This document shows, one piece after another, positions 8,011 to 17,964 of a stretch of DNA of 43,168 bases. This DNA is from a virus. Taxonomy: Duplodnaviria; Caudoviricetes. The position numbers and the translations under genes were made by a program. The DNA lies in IMG/VR virus record IMGVR_UViG_3300050162_000122, positions 1 through 43,168 of that record. One strand, given 5' to 3'. Positions within the stretch are counted from its first letter, which is position 1. The number at the start of each line of letters is the position of its first letter. The notes beneath the pieces were generated by a model, which worked only from the letters and a program-made list of their open reading frames with translations, did no database searches and had not been told where the DNA came from.

Positions 8011-8334
8011 TTATTGATTAATAGGGATAAAATCATTAAAATATGCTTTACCAGATATTCGGCGGGTATTATTATTCGTTTTTATACCCCATTTACATGA
8101 AGCCACCATCCCGCATCCTTTAACAGGATGGTTGCTATCAAATTCCTTGTAATTCGACCAGTGGTTACTTTCGCGAATCACGTAACCACCAATTTTATCA
8201 TTTCCGTACCAATAACGAGACGAAATATCCCCCGTATGTTTATCGTAACTGATATAATCAGGATTTCGCTTAGGCGTTTTACAGCCTTTGAAAAAAGCCT
8301 TTGTTTGTCTAAAGTAATTTTTGATACAAATCAT
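8011..8334 (-). CDS. Hypothetical accessory protein
   Basis: PDYISY...SSRYWY...VIRESNHW globular pattern. Confidence 0.7.
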   Translation of the reverse strand: MICIKNYFRQTKAFFKGCKTPKRNPDYISYDKHTGDISSRYWYGNDKIGGYVIRESNHWSNYKEFDSNHPVKGCGMVASCKWGIKTNNNTRRISGKAYFNDFIPINQ

Positions 8335-8380
8335 TTTTGCCTGGGATTTTGCCCAGATACGCTCGGGGCTGGAGGTTGTA

Positions 8381-8641
8381 TTATTTTACAAGGAAATTAG
8401 CGTAGCAGCTGTATTGATAACTTGAACCTCTGTCAACAGCTTTAGAAATTGATAATGCACCAGTTGAGTGAACTAATATTTCTAATCTCGTTTTGTGATG
8501 ATAAATTACAGACTTGGTTCCTACCATGTGATTGCCGGAAAAAAGTTCATCATTATTATTTATGAATTCAACGATTGCAGTTTTATCGTTTTTTGAGAAA
8601 AAGTTTTCGCTTGAAAATTTCACGTCTTTAATAGTTGCCAT
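8381..8641 (-). CDS. Hypothetical accessory protein, first gene of cassette
   Basis: Directly downstream of the promoter at 8699. Confidence 0.65.
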   Translation of the reverse strand: MATIKDVKFSSENFFSKNDKTAIVEFINNNDELFSGNHMVGTKSVIYHHKTRLEILVHSTGALSISKAVDRGSSYQYSCYANFLVK

Positions 8642-8691
8642 AATCTTTACTCGTTTTTATTCAGGTGAACCCCTGATCAATTATTATGATA

Positions 8692-8738
8692 CAAAGATAC
8701 TGCATTCTTTTGAAAAGTAATCACATTTGATTACTTTT
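8692..8738 (-). promoter_or_regulatory. Cassette promoter (-7 TATCTTTG) with palindromic operator AAAAGTAATCA-CATT-TGATTACTTTT
   Basis: -7 box at 8699-8692; inverted repeat at 8713-8738 covers the -33 region. Confidence 0.75.
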
Positions 8739-8773
8739 TTCATCCAAAACACGAAAGTTTAACTTCTACACAC

Positions 8774-8805
8774 AAAAAAGCCCCTCGATTCACATCGAAG
8801 GGCTT
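8774..8805 (-). terminator. Late-operon terminator
   Basis: AAGCCCTTCGAT/ATCGAGGGGCTT stem plus T-tract after the lysis genes. Confidence 0.85.
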
Positions 8806-8845
8806 AAAAAAACTAAATACTAAACAAAAAAATATCACAACTATG

Positions 8846-9424
8846 TCACTTTATTTCAATGTGTTTTGCATATTTGAATACCGTTGATTTGTTTTCAGAG
8901 ATAATGTCTAAATTGATTGCTTTGCACCCCCACCGGATAAATAAGAAGCGATGTGGGACTTTATTCGGGATTATCGTCAAAGAATCTTGATATTCTGCTT
9001 CGAGTTTTACCATCTTATTACCGGAATTTAAGCATCCATATATATCAAAATTTTTATCCTGGTACTTGAAGCAAACTGTACTATCATTATTCGTCGAAAC
9101 TGATACTGAAGTATCAACCTTTGCTAAAAATGATACCTGTGTAACTGAGATGATATCAGCAGGACGAATCCCGGCATCCTTTGCTGTCTTGATCACTTCC
9201 GGGTGATATCGTTGCAGTTCTTTCTTTGTGTAGGTCACAGCGGTTGATTTTATAGCCGATTTTCCTGATTTGGTTTTATAAGTCTTTACAGGACTATTTA
9301 GCGCCGTTTGATTTTTCTTAAGTCTCTTTGACTCAAGATTTGATTTTCTGCACTGATCGATCGAGATTATCAGGACTGCAAAAGCAACCGCATACAATAG
9401 GTATTTGATAATTAGTTTATACAT
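8846..9424 (-). CDS. Spanin-like lysis accessory protein
   Basis: N-terminal TM helix, coiled coil, C-terminal HRFLFIRWG; follows the endolysin. Confidence 0.6.
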   Translation of the reverse strand: MYKLIIKYLLYAVAFAVLIISIDQCRKSNLESKRLKKNQTALNSPVKTYKTKSGKSAIKSTAVTYTKKELQRYHPEVIKTAKDAGIRPADIISVTQVSFLAKVDTSVSVSTNNDSTVCFKYQDKNFDIYGCLNSGNKMVKLEAEYQDSLTIIPNKVPHRFLFIRWGCKAINLDIISENKSTVFKYAKHIEIK

Positions 9425-9430
9425 AGTAGT

Positions 9431-9901
9431 CTACTTTAGAATTACATATCCATTCTCTGTTTTGCCGGCTTTTTTTAGCTCTAGTAATTGTTGCCAGGTG
9501 TGACCAAAGGTTTTTTCGAAATGCGGCTTGTCTACAATCGAGCGGAAGTCTCCGCCCCAGGCATATCCGGCATCTTTGAAAACTTTCACTACCTCCATCC
9601 AGTCCGGAACTTTATCTCCGTCAAAGTCCTTCACCGTGTCCCAAATGGTGCGACCACCATCGGCCAGACAGAAATCGAAAGCAAGGCCGTAATTGTGGAT
9701 CGACTGACCTCCCCGGGCATTGGTCACTTTCGGCTTTTGTGCGAAAAGTTTATCCTGCTCTTCGAACGTTCGCAAACCCTGCGTCACGATCATTTTGACA
9801 CTACCTGTCAAAACCTGCGTGTTGATTTTATCAACTAATTCCCGAACCTCGTCACGGATGATGGGGTGTAATGTGTCAATTTTGCTCATTTTTTTCTCCA
9901 T
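9431..9901 (-). CDS. Endolysin, M15 family L-Ala-D-Glu peptidase
   Basis: GLRTFEEQ, SIHNYGLAFD, WGGDF and DKPHFE zinc-peptidase motifs. Confidence 0.92.
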   Translation of the reverse strand: MEKKMSKIDTLHPIIRDEVRELVDKINTQVLTGSVKMIVTQGLRTFEEQDKLFAQKPKVTNARGGQSIHNYGLAFDFCLADGGRTIWDTVKDFDGDKVPDWMEVVKVFKDAGYAWGGDFRSIVDKPHFEKTFGHTWQQLLELKKAGKTENGYVILK

Positions 9902-10070
9902 TTAAGAATATTGGAAGAACTGCTCCTGATACAGCAAGACTTAATCCTATATAACCAACAATAGAATTGCTTGCTGTCAATCCATATCCGGCTATGGTGC
10001 TACCAGCTGTTACACATGCAGCGGCCAGTTTTGTAGCCCACACCGGGGCTTTTTTGTTTATGTTTTTCAT
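9876..10070 (-). CDS. Putative holin (2 TM helices)
   Basis: Two hydrophobic helices, directly upstream of the endolysin. Confidence 0.7.
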   Translation of the reverse strand: MKNINKKAPVWATKLAAACVTAGSTIAGYGLTASNSIVGYIGLSLAVSGAVLPIFLNGEKNEQN

Positions 10071-10300
10071 TTTTCAAGTTTAATTATACGTTTTTCATGA
10101 TCTTCTAGCCTGTCATTGTGGCTTTTAAGTTTGTCTTTTACATATATTTCCTGCTCTCTATCACGCTTTTCTTTTTCTGAATAACCTGCAAGGGTTATAT
10201 CTATTCTGTTGATCGCTTCCGTATTTTTGTACAGAACCCTCAATAGAACACCAAGCATGATCGTGAGGAAAACGACTAAAATGTCAGTTGGTATTGTCAT
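10067..10300 (-). CDS. Membrane protein (TM plus coiled coil), holin/antiholin-like
   Basis: N-terminal TM helix; DHEKRIIKLE C-terminus. Confidence 0.65.
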   Translation of the reverse strand: MTIPTDILVVFLTIMLGVLLRVLYKNTEAINRIDITLAGYSEKEKRDREQEIYVKDKLKSHNDRLEDHEKRIIKLEK

Positions 10301-10311
10301 ATTATTGATAT

Positions 10312-10491
10312 TTAGATGATTTGTACTAAAATAATATCTGTATTTTTATTATCGATAGCCGCACCACCCCAAAATTGTACATATGCAATCTTAGACGTAG
10401 TTATAGCTGCACCAACTGCCTTAATTTCTATTTTCACAGGCTGAAGAGCTATCCCAAATAGCTGTAAATTGAAGTCTGATGTTCTAGCCAT
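10312..10491 (-). CDS. 59-aa protein missed by the ORF track
   Basis: MARTSDFNLQLFGIALQPVKIEIKAVG...ILVQII*; TAATG coupling and fills the gap exactly. Confidence 0.7.
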   Translation of the reverse strand: MARTSDFNLQLFGIALQPVKIEIKAVGAAITTSKIAYVQFWGGAAIDNKNTDIILVQII

Positions 10492-12263
10492 TATGCATAA
10501 TAATTTATATTAACCCAAAATTTAAATGCGTACAATACTATCGTGGTTAGAGTAGGGCCTGTTTTTGAATATAGATAGTAACTATCGTAATCAGCGTTAG
10601 TCACCGCCCATGTACCGTACTCCGTCATATTCAAATCTGATGAAATATTGTAATAAGTCAATAGATCAGAGAAAAGAATTGGTGTATTTATCCGTGAAAT
10701 CGGCACAGATGCATATTTACTTCCTGCTGCTACAGTCATAGACCACGATGCAACGTTCATAACGGTATTTGATGTTATTGAAGTAACAATATGACCTTCT
10801 GATCCTACATAAAACATTTGCCCCACAACAAATTGAGCTAGAAATGATGTACCTGTACCAGTTATTACACCGCCAGTTGTAATAGATACAGTTCCAGCAC
10901 CGTATTGGTGATACCACATTTGCGTTTGTCCATTCAATTTTGATGAAAACTTTGGAAAAGTACTATCAGAACCATCCGAATTTTTTGGCTCTATTTCAAT
11001 GCTCTCTTGAGGCGTATACAATGTAGTATACGACTGATATTTACCTAGCCCGTATCTGGCCGTCAATCCAGATGTGAACAATGATTGTAGTCCATCGAAT
11101 GAATACCCCCTAGGATATATAATTAGATTTGTTTTTATCCTATTCCGATATTGAACTGCTGACGGAGATGGATACAATGACCCATTTGAACCTAATACAA
11201 GTATATCAGCGGTATTACTCGTTTCATTACCATTTGTATCTAGCTCTTTAAGTGTTGAAGTATCGTATGTAGGAGTAATAGAAGCCTTGTATGCACCTAC
11301 ATACGAGCTTACAGAACTCATTGTAAGTGCAGGATTTATATTTGAAATTTTCAATGAAAAATCAATGGGAGACCCGGATGAATACAGATTGAATACAGGG
11401 CAGCAATTAATATCATCGACCACCATAGTTGTTGACGGAAATATGATGGACCAGTTTGATAGTATCGAGGCTAAATAAGTTTTACTTGTTGAAGTAGATA
11501 ACGTATTGTAATACGTAGTAATAGAATTAAATAGATCAGTTTTCCATTGTGCTGAATCAGTTGATAATACACCGGTTGCCGCCGTGTATGTGACAGGTAT
11601 TATTACTCCATTCCACTTCCACAACAATGCCTTTCTCAAAACAAAGTTATTTAGAATTGGATATATACCAACCGTAAGGCTAGAATAGTTGTATAAATCT
11701 ATACTATTGTAAATGATACCATCATATGAATTATCCACTGCACTTTTACAGTTCAAGTAATCTGCTACCGTGATGTTCTTAATAGTTCCAGATGTAGACG
11801 TATTAGAATAGGCATAATAGCTACCAGTTATTAGTGTGTTTTGTAAAGTTGCGCTTGAGGTAAATGTTCCAAACCTCAATATATTTGTTACACAGTTCAT
11901 AACGCTTCCAGCAAATTGCCGAATTCCTGAAATAATATTCAACGTATTAAATATGCCGCCATTTACGGAAAATATCCCACCATCTCCACCGCTCGACATG
12001 GTAAATGTTCCAGTAACACGATAATTATCACCGATTATCGCTGGAAGTGCAGCCGTAGCTGAAAAAGTTATATTTTCATTAAATACTCCCACTGGAAAAA
12101 TATATGTCTTTCCAGAAGTCAATGCTTTAGTAATCGTTGCGTAAGGTGACAATCTTCCACCTGTGTTAGAATCTGACCCATTTATACTAATAACAAAACA
12201 GCAATTAATGTCTGTCAAAACTATGCCGCCAAATGAGTATGGGAATGTTTGAGTTGCCGCCAT
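10491..12263 (-). CDS. Tail fibre/spike, candidate receptor-binding protein
   Basis: S/T/N-rich; GSDSNTG...PYATITKA beta-helix entry motif; GTVSITTGGVITGTGTSF fibre motif. Confidence 0.7.
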   Translation of the reverse strand: MAATQTFPYSFGGIVLTDINCCFVISINGSDSNTGGRLSPYATITKALTSGKTYIFPVGVFNENITFSATAALPAIIGDNYRVTGTFTMSSGGDGGIFSVNGGIFNTLNIISGIRQFAGSVMNCVTNILRFGTFTSSATLQNTLITGSYYAYSNTSTSGTIKNITVADYLNCKSAVDNSYDGIIYNSIDLYNYSSLTVGIYPILNNFVLRKALLWKWNGVIIPVTYTAATGVLSTDSAQWKTDLFNSITTYYNTLSTSTSKTYLASILSNWSIIFPSTTMVVDDINCCPVFNLYSSGSPIDFSLKISNINPALTMSSVSSYVGAYKASITPTYDTSTLKELDTNGNETSNTADILVLGSNGSLYPSPSAVQYRNRIKTNLIIYPRGYSFDGLQSLFTSGLTARYGLGKYQSYTTLYTPQESIEIEPKNSDGSDSTFPKFSSKLNGQTQMWYHQYGAGTVSITTGGVITGTGTSFLAQFVVGQMFYVGSEGHIVTSITSNTVMNVASWSMTVAAGSKYASVPISRINTPILFSDLLTYYNISSDLNMTEYGTWAVTNADYDSYYLYSKTGPTLTTIVLYAFKFWVNINYYA

Positions 12264-12264
12264 T

Positions 12265-12492
12265 TTATTCTATATTATAAATTAAAAACTGATTGAAATT
12301 ATAATTTTCATTTTGAGTATAATACTCTGCTTTTACTATTATACCTGAAAGTATCCACACACTTGGTCGATTAAAATCATCCCTTTGAGTACAAGTATTT
12401 GCAAAATCGATCAAGCATCGTAATTCATCATTGAAATAGTCTTGAAACTCAATTGATTGCTCCGATATTGGAGCGCCATTAATTATTTCCAT
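12265..12492 (-). CDS. Small tail-fibre-associated protein
   Basis: Tightly packed between two fibre genes. Confidence 0.55.
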   Translation of the reverse strand: MEIINGAPISEQSIEFQDYFNDELRCLIDFANTCTQRDDFNRPSVWILSGIIVKAEYYTQNENYNFNQFLIYNIE

Positions 12493-12494
12493 AA

Positions 12495-13547
12495 CTATGA
12501 TTTGAATAAAAGTGAAACTGTTCCGACTGTATAGCCGGCCGATAATGTCAATGAATTGATAGTCATTACAGTATTTGCAGCTAACACAACATTGGTTATA
12601 TTAGCTTTAGTATATGTATTAGCTCCAATTGTAATCGAAAAATCATTCACACCAGGTCCAAGAACATATCCAGTGAATGTTTTAGAAGTTGGCGATCCAG
12701 GATAAGGGGTCGGACTTAAGACTCCATTTGTTGAAGAATATGTAATTAGCATTTCCCTAACCTCCTCATCGACGATATTTACTGACTTATCAGCCCCTAT
12801 AGTTAGCTCAACGCCATTCCATTTTATTTTTTCAATCACATTCGCCTGGGCATTGGCAGGCGCGTGCGAAGATTGACTATGTGCATACGCAGCATCATAC
12901 TGCGTTTTCATTGCAACTGTAAAGCGGAGATATAATTCTGTTTCCTGTATATCTGCAAGTGACAAAACAATGTTTCCAGTTTTGCCGGCTACGGATGAAA
13001 CAGCGTCAGTATTGTCTACTTTTCGCCATGCTCCAGCTGAGATTAACCAGTCACCTGTGACAAAACTTTCACCCTGAAAAACAATTGGAGTTGGCGCATT
13101 GGTAACTATGAAATAACCGCCTTTATATGTCGCATAATCAGCTCCTAACTGGATGCCGTCGTAGTCCTGATTATCACTATATACATAGTTGTTTTGAGCA
13201 TCCCAAATACCACAGAAATGGACATTACCTAAAAGTGAATCAGGAATCTGACTCATCTTTATTTTACCATTCTCCAAATCTGCTTTTTGGGTCAAATCTG
13301 GAAGGTTAGTCAAATCGGTATAGGCGTGAGTGTGATTGATAGGCGCAAATGCCCCGGCAAAAAACTCCTGAAGCGCCTGCAAACTCGCATATTGGTTGCC
13401 TGAAATCTGCATCCTGGTTGCAGCACTCAGGTTTTGCAGCTCCGTCAAATTCGTTGACGGACCTTTCTTCCAGTCGGGCTTTTCCTCTCCGATAGTTACG
13501 TCCCGGTATAGTATTTCTTCACCGGTGATTAATATCTCTCTTCCCAT
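12495..13547 (-). CDS. Tail fibre protein (likely start MGREIL at 13547)
   Basis: HTHAYTDL, KADLENGKI, WRKVDNTDAVSSVAGKTG and AQANVIEKIK fibre motifs. Confidence 0.8.
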   Translation of the reverse strand: MGREILITGEEILYRDVTIGEEKPDWKKGPSTNLTELQNLSAATRMQISGNQYASLQALQEFFAGAFAPINHTHAYTDLTNLPDLTQKADLENGKIKMSQIPDSLLGNVHFCGIWDAQNNYVYSDNQDYDGIQLGADYATYKGGYFIVTNAPTPIVFQGESFVTGDWLISAGAWRKVDNTDAVSSVAGKTGNIVLSLADIQETELYLRFTVAMKTQYDAAYAHSQSSHAPANAQANVIEKIKWNGVELTIGADKSVNIVDEEVREMLITYSSTNGVLSPTPYPGSPTSKTFTGYVLGPGVNDFSITIGANTYTKANITNVVLAANTVMTINSLTLSAGYTVGTVSLLFKS

Positions 13548-13548
13548 A

Positions 13549-14163
13549 TTAGCATAATCTAAACATATAGTTGACAGCCATGTAAGGCTGCATGTTGTTG
13601 TGTGCATCACCTTTACCAGATGGCTGACAAGCTTGCGAATCAAAATAAAAACTTGACGATTCTGGAGCTTTGTCACCAGCTGCTAGTCGGTTCGTAGCAT
13701 TGTGATCACTATTATCACCGCCTGTCATACCATCTATCAGGTGTTCATGCTCTCCATTTTCATCTGCTGTAAGAGCATGCTTAATTTCTCCACCGATAGA
13801 GAATAGACCAAGATTAACGTCATTATACCCCGACACTCCAGCCTGGACAAACACTGTCCCAGGCGCGCAAGGTGGGCACCGAAAAGTACCTGAAGCTTCG
13901 TCACCTAAGTTAAATCGAGTCCCCCAAATTGCGTACAGTTTTGGACAATCGGCTATATTAAGCAACCCCCTATCAAACAGGTGATAACCATCTGGTACAT
14001 TGTCACGCAAAGCGGGAATTGGTACACCGGCCGGACTATCATAATCGATCAACGCGTCAATGATAGCAGCATTTATTTGTTTGTGAAGCGTCCAGTCCAT
14101 CGTGGCGCCGGCTAGCGGAAACATATTGTCGATTGTATCTTTGATAATTTCGATTGCTGTCAT
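13549..14163 (-). CDS. Tail collar/baseplate-domain protein
   Basis: PDGYHLFD...LYAIWGTRF...GGEIKHALT...AHNNMQPY. Confidence 0.85.
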   Translation of the reverse strand: MTAIEIIKDTIDNMFPLAGATMDWTLHKQINAAIIDALIDYDSPAGVPIPALRDNVPDGYHLFDRGLLNIADCPKLYAIWGTRFNLGDEASGTFRCPPCAPGTVFVQAGVSGYNDVNLGLFSIGGEIKHALTADENGEHEHLIDGMTGGDNSDHNATNRLAAGDKAPESSSFYFDSQACQPSGKGDAHNNMQPYMAVNYMFRLC

Positions 14164-14165
14164 AA

Positions 14166-14600
14166 TTATTTGTATTGAGAGTTATTATATTGAGCCATAT
14201 TATATTCATGCACAAGGGCTGATTCACCCACTTTGATAAATAAACCTTCAACGGCACCTTTCACCAGATACAGGCTTTCTGAGATAGTCTGTGAGTCCAG
14301 ATCGGCCATTGCGCCAACTGTCAGAACCTGATAACCGGAACCGGATCCTCCCCCGCCTGATCCGTTATTTTTTTGCACTAGGTCGGCATCAGTAGTGCCG
14401 GCTTCCCACCAATATTCCACCGCCTTTCCGTCAATTACAATTTTCGTGGTCAACCCAAGCCCGCGTACAGCTTCAGGGATATTGGCCAGTGCGTCGGCAA
14501 CAGAATCCCACGGTTTGAAATCATACACGGATGTTCCGGAATGTTTTGCTGCTATTTTAATAGGCTTCCCTAGCGGAAAGCCTTCGGGTAAAGTGCTCAT
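14166..14600 (-). CDS. Tail-associated protein
   Basis: RGLGLT...EYWW followed by a Gly/Ser linker. Confidence 0.6.
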   Translation of the reverse strand: MSTLPEGFPLGKPIKIAAKHSGTSVYDFKPWDSVADALANIPEAVRGLGLTTKIVIDGKAVEYWWEAGTTDADLVQKNNGSGGGGSGSGYQVLTVGAMADLDSQTISESLYLVKGAVEGLFIKVGESALVHEYNMAQYNNSQYK

Positions 14601-14601
14601 A

Positions 14602-15450
14602 TTATTGCAGTATTATAGTTGCCGTCGCTCCCAGGGCAACGTCTTTCTGATATTTTAGAATAGTATAGTTGATGGTTGTAATACCGTCTGGCATCATTAC
14701 CGACACAGTACCTGAGTTGATAAACTCAGAGGTTATATCTTCGAATGAAGCCGTGATGGCCGACTTCACCGACATACCAGCCGGCACACAAATGACGTAA
14801 ATCGGTTTATTAATATTGACCGAGAGCGTTGTCTGTGTTCGCCAGATGGCGGTCAATGCCCGAACGGCTGCCGAATCTGCCGGGGTTGTGTCGACGGCAC
14901 CATGGAATATTTTGTTGAGCCAGGTGACCGAAGCCAGGGAACTATACACCGTTTGCCCGTTGCTATTCACCACCGAGGCCACCCAGCTATTCGTAGCGCC
15001 GTTGGCTGTTTTCTTTACCGATCCGATATTCACCGAGATGGGGCTTGTAATCGGCTGGGCGCTGACTAGCACCTGTGCAGCTGTGTTGTCGGTAATAGAT
15101 AATGTGTTTGCATTCACATTGCCGGCATTGGATAATGAAAACGAAAAGTTTGCATTTCCGGATAGCTCCGTACCAACTTCAACGGGTGATGGGAGCGAAC
15201 TTGCAAAACTGGTAAATGCAGGTAGAAGGTAGTTGTTGAATGCATCGAGTATAACCTCGCTGGGTGTTTTACCAGCTGCTGGAACCAGCTGGCCGGCTGG
15301 GTATTTCCCGAAGGCGGGGTTTGCTGTGAAATCTTCCTCGAACTTAGAATCCGTCGCAATCTCAATTACATGCGATGCTACATTACCAACATACACGTTC
15401 AAATTTAAATCCGGTTGTGCAGATAACGATATTTTCAAGTTTACATCCAT
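14602..15450 (-). CDS. Tail-associated Ig-like protein
   Basis: PAFTSF...VEVGT beta-sandwich pattern; located in the structural cluster. Confidence 0.6.
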   Translation of the reverse strand: MDVNLKISLSAQPDLNLNVYVGNVASHVIEIATDSKFEEDFTANPAFGKYPAGQLVPAAGKTPSEVILDAFNNYLLPAFTSFASSLPSPVEVGTELSGNANFSFSLSNAGNVNANTLSITDNTAAQVLVSAQPITSPISVNIGSVKKTANGATNSWVASVVNSNGQTVYSSLASVTWLNKIFHGAVDTTPADSAAVRALTAIWRTQTTLSVNINKPIYVICVPAGMSVKSAITASFEDITSEFINSGTVSVMMPDGITTINYTILKYQKDVALGATATIILQ

Positions 15451-15794
15451 TATAATACAGAGGTTTGAATTGTAATGCCAGTTTTAAATTCTTTCGTTGA
15501 GTTTTTAGTCCCGTCGCCATCTTCAGAGGAAATTTCAGTGCCTACAGTCATGATTAGATCTCCTGACATTAATCGGGTATCTTCAGAATTCAATATGCCA
15601 TAAACCTGAGATTCTGTAACGGAAAGATCATTATATCCATCCTCATGAGGATAAGCATACTTGACTACTTTCGATCCACAGGATCGGCACGCTATTTTTA
15701 TTTTTGAGAGTTGATTGAAAGAGGTAATTCCACCATCAATTGAATTATCAATTTCCAAAAGAAATTCTATGTCGTCTCCCTGGTACTTAATCAT
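15450..15794 (-). CDS. BppU-like baseplate adaptor
   Basis: YQGDD start and LNSEDTRLMSG motif. Confidence 0.5.
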   Translation of the reverse strand: MIKYQGDDIEFLLEIDNSIDGGITSFNQLSKIKIACRSCGSKVVKYAYPHEDGYNDLSVTESQVYGILNSEDTRLMSGDLIMTVGTEISSEDGDGTKNSTKEFKTGITIQTSVL

Positions 15795-15798
15795 GGCT

Positions 15799-15831
15799 AA
15801 AAAAGTTTTATCCCGGAGTTACCCGGGATAA
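15799..15831 (-). terminator. Terminator/attenuator after the major tail gene
   Basis: TTATCCCGG-GTAACT-CCGGGATAA followed by a T-tract. Confidence 0.7.
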
Positions 15832-15834
15832 TTA

Positions 15835-16383
15835 TTACTCAGTAATTTCGAAACATTTGAAAAGTGACTTAACCGGAGCAAATGGAGTCACGGAAGGTTT
15901 GTTTTTTGAGAACCACTTTGCCTCAACATTCCATACCACTTCACTTTCAATATCTTCCTCTACAGGTGATTTTGAAGTCAATGTAGCTTCTGATCCGGCG
16001 ATGAAAAGTTGTGTATCGGTTCTCCAGGCTAGATTCCAATCCTCTATTTTTTCAGCATCAGCCCAGAATTCAGAGTTTGGCGCAAAAGACGGATCCTTGA
16101 ATGCTAACACGAAATCATCACCAAGTTTCTTTTCCTTTCTGTTACCGTAACCGTTTCCCATCTTAGGGGTTCCACCGTCAAACGTTCCGCGTGAATCAGG
16201 AATGATAATGATATTGCCGGCTTCGACGGCTGCCGTCCATTCCTGAAGATTAAGAGGTATCGTTATCTCCGTTCCACTCTTAATCAAGCATACAGAGCGA
16301 ACACCGCCATTCTCTACTTCATTGCATGGATCGCAATTGTGAGTCAGGGCTTCGTTAGTAGCACATGTTTTATAAGTAATCAT
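15835..16383 (-). CDS. Probable major tail tube protein
   Basis: Follows the neck genes and is itself followed by a terminator; acidic, beta-rich, 182 aa. Confidence 0.6.
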   Translation of the reverse strand: MITYKTCATNEALTHNCDPCNEVENGGVRSVCLIKSGTEITIPLNLQEWTAAVEAGNIIIIPDSRGTFDGGTPKMGNGYGNRKEKKLGDDFVLAFKDPSFAPNSEFWADAEKIEDWNLAWRTDTQLFIAGSEATLTSKSPVEEDIESEVVWNVEAKWFSKNKPSVTPFAPVKSLFKCFEITE

Positions 16384-16389
16384 ATTCTT

Positions 16390-16902
16390 TTAATTGAAAA
16401 TGTTTGATGTGTCAACACAGGCTTTTGATACTTGATATTGAACACGGTATTTTATTGAAAAAAGGGTTACTTCAGGTGCTAATTGTGCATCAAACCCTTT
16501 TATTTCCTGTTTGAAAATTTTGATCTTATCGAAGTCAGACGAAGTGAATTTGACATCAGAAGGTACTACCGAATAAATGAGCTGTTCTAGCTTTTCAGCT
16601 TTAGCATTGAAAGCCCAGCATATTAGATTCATATCAACTATCTGTATAGATTTAGGAGCATCTCCATAGCCTTTGTTGGTCGCATTTTGATACGTTTTAG
16701 CAACAAGTTTATGGTAACACCCAAAACGATAATCATCATCGATAAAAACATTAAAAACATCACCATTTTCGTCAATGATCCCAGGTAAAAAATTTTCTTC
16801 TTCACCTGTCAAACAAGACTCTGAAAGTCCATGAATTTGACAAGGGACATTCAAACAGCTTTGAATTGCTTCATTGATTCGTGTAATGTAATCTTCAATC
16901 AT
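16390..16902 (-). CDS. Putative tail terminator/completion protein
   Basis: Synteny and size. Confidence 0.5.
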   Translation of the reverse strand: MIEDYITRINEAIQSCLNVPCQIHGLSESCLTGEEENFLPGIIDENGDVFNVFIDDDYRFGCYHKLVAKTYQNATNKGYGDAPKSIQIVDMNLICWAFNAKAEKLEQLIYSVVPSDVKFTSSDFDKIKIFKQEIKGFDAQLAPEVTLFSIKYRVQYQVSKACVDTSNIFN

Positions 16903-17443
16903 TGATTGCTTCGTTAATGTATTTATCAGCGATTTGATTTACAACTTTCATCTCTTCCTCAGACACTGCAAATATTTCTTTTCGATATCGCTTTTCATTC
17001 CAAATTGCCTTGTTATAGTTTTCGGAATTATTATAACCTATTCCATAACCGTTATCAACTGGAACAATAGCTAAATCTGACTCCATTTGACGGGTAAGTG
17101 AAAGAATAACTTTTGTATCCGATCCTCGATTGTATCGAGTTCGATTAGATCCTTTTGAAGATCCTTTCGTATAAGAACCGGCATTTTTCAATTTACCTTT
17201 GTTCTTACCCTTGCTGATCTTACCTGAATTTTTGAAAGCACCGGATCTAAAAACTAAATATCCCTTAGAGTATGTTCCGATTTGGGATCTATCCGCTGCC
17301 GTTCCTTCCTCATGAACACGGGTTCTCATCATACCCATAACTGTAGTAGCCTGTTCTCGAGTCATCGCTTCAATATCGATATTTTCAAAATCGGCATTTA
17401 CTTGCTTGATTACATCGTCAAAATTGCTACTGATAGTTATCAT
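16895..17443 (-). CDS. Neck/virion morphogenesis protein
   Basis: Basic insert and VILSLTRQM motif; synteny. Confidence 0.55.
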   Translation of the reverse strand: MITISSNFDDVIKQVNADFENIDIEAMTREQATTVMGMMRTRVHEEGTAADRSQIGTYSKGYLVFRSGAFKNSGKISKGKNKGKLKNAGSYTKGSSKGSNRTRYNRGSDTKVILSLTRQMESDLAIVPVDNGYGIGYNNSENYNKAIWNEKRYRKEIFAVSEEEMKVVNQIADKYINEAIND

Positions 17444-17964
17444 AAAATCGGTATGTGAGTTGAGATAATGTTGTTTGATTCGGGCTCAAAATCTAAGCTA
17501 TCAGCCGGAGTGATCCCCTGTATTGAAGAATCAAGTTCTGTTGTGAATAGACCTATCAATTCAGCATAGATCTCTTTGGCTTTAGCTTTATCGACTGTTG
17601 TGTATCTGTTGATTCTGGAGCTATTGATACGTTCATTCATAAACTCAGCTCCGAATAGATACCATATCGATACTGACAGAAGCTCCTTATTGTCGCAAAT
17701 AAGCTTTTCGATGTCATCAGCCTTCTTTATCTTGTAGCATTCATTGATGCGTTTAAAAAATAGAGTTCTGAATTTCTGAATAGCTCGTTTTTCGATATTC
17801 TCCCAAACACGAGATAAAGCTTCTTCGTCTGTCTCCTGATCTTGTTTTACGGAAATCTTTTCACCGACAATTACTGAGATGTCAGGTAATGCATCTACAT
17901 TAAGACCGCTTGAACCCGTAGACACACTACTTGACAAACCAATATATCCGTTCAAACAATCCAT
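17440..17964 (-). CDS. Putative head-tail connector
   Basis: Helical protein immediately after the capsid gene. Confidence 0.5.
   Translation of the reverse strand: MDCLNGYIGLSSSVSTGSSGLNVDALPDISVIVGEKISVKQDQETDEEALSRVWENIEKRAIQKFRTLFFKRINECYKIKKADDIEKLICDNKELLSVSIWYLFGAEFMNERINSSRINRYTTVDKAKAKEIYAELIGLFTTELDSSIQGITPADSLDFEPESNNIISTHIPIL

Noticed and set aside
13548-13676. Long overlap or frameshift between the collar and fibre genes
   Set aside because: The ATG at 13547 directly follows the upstream stop, and the extension is not protein-like.
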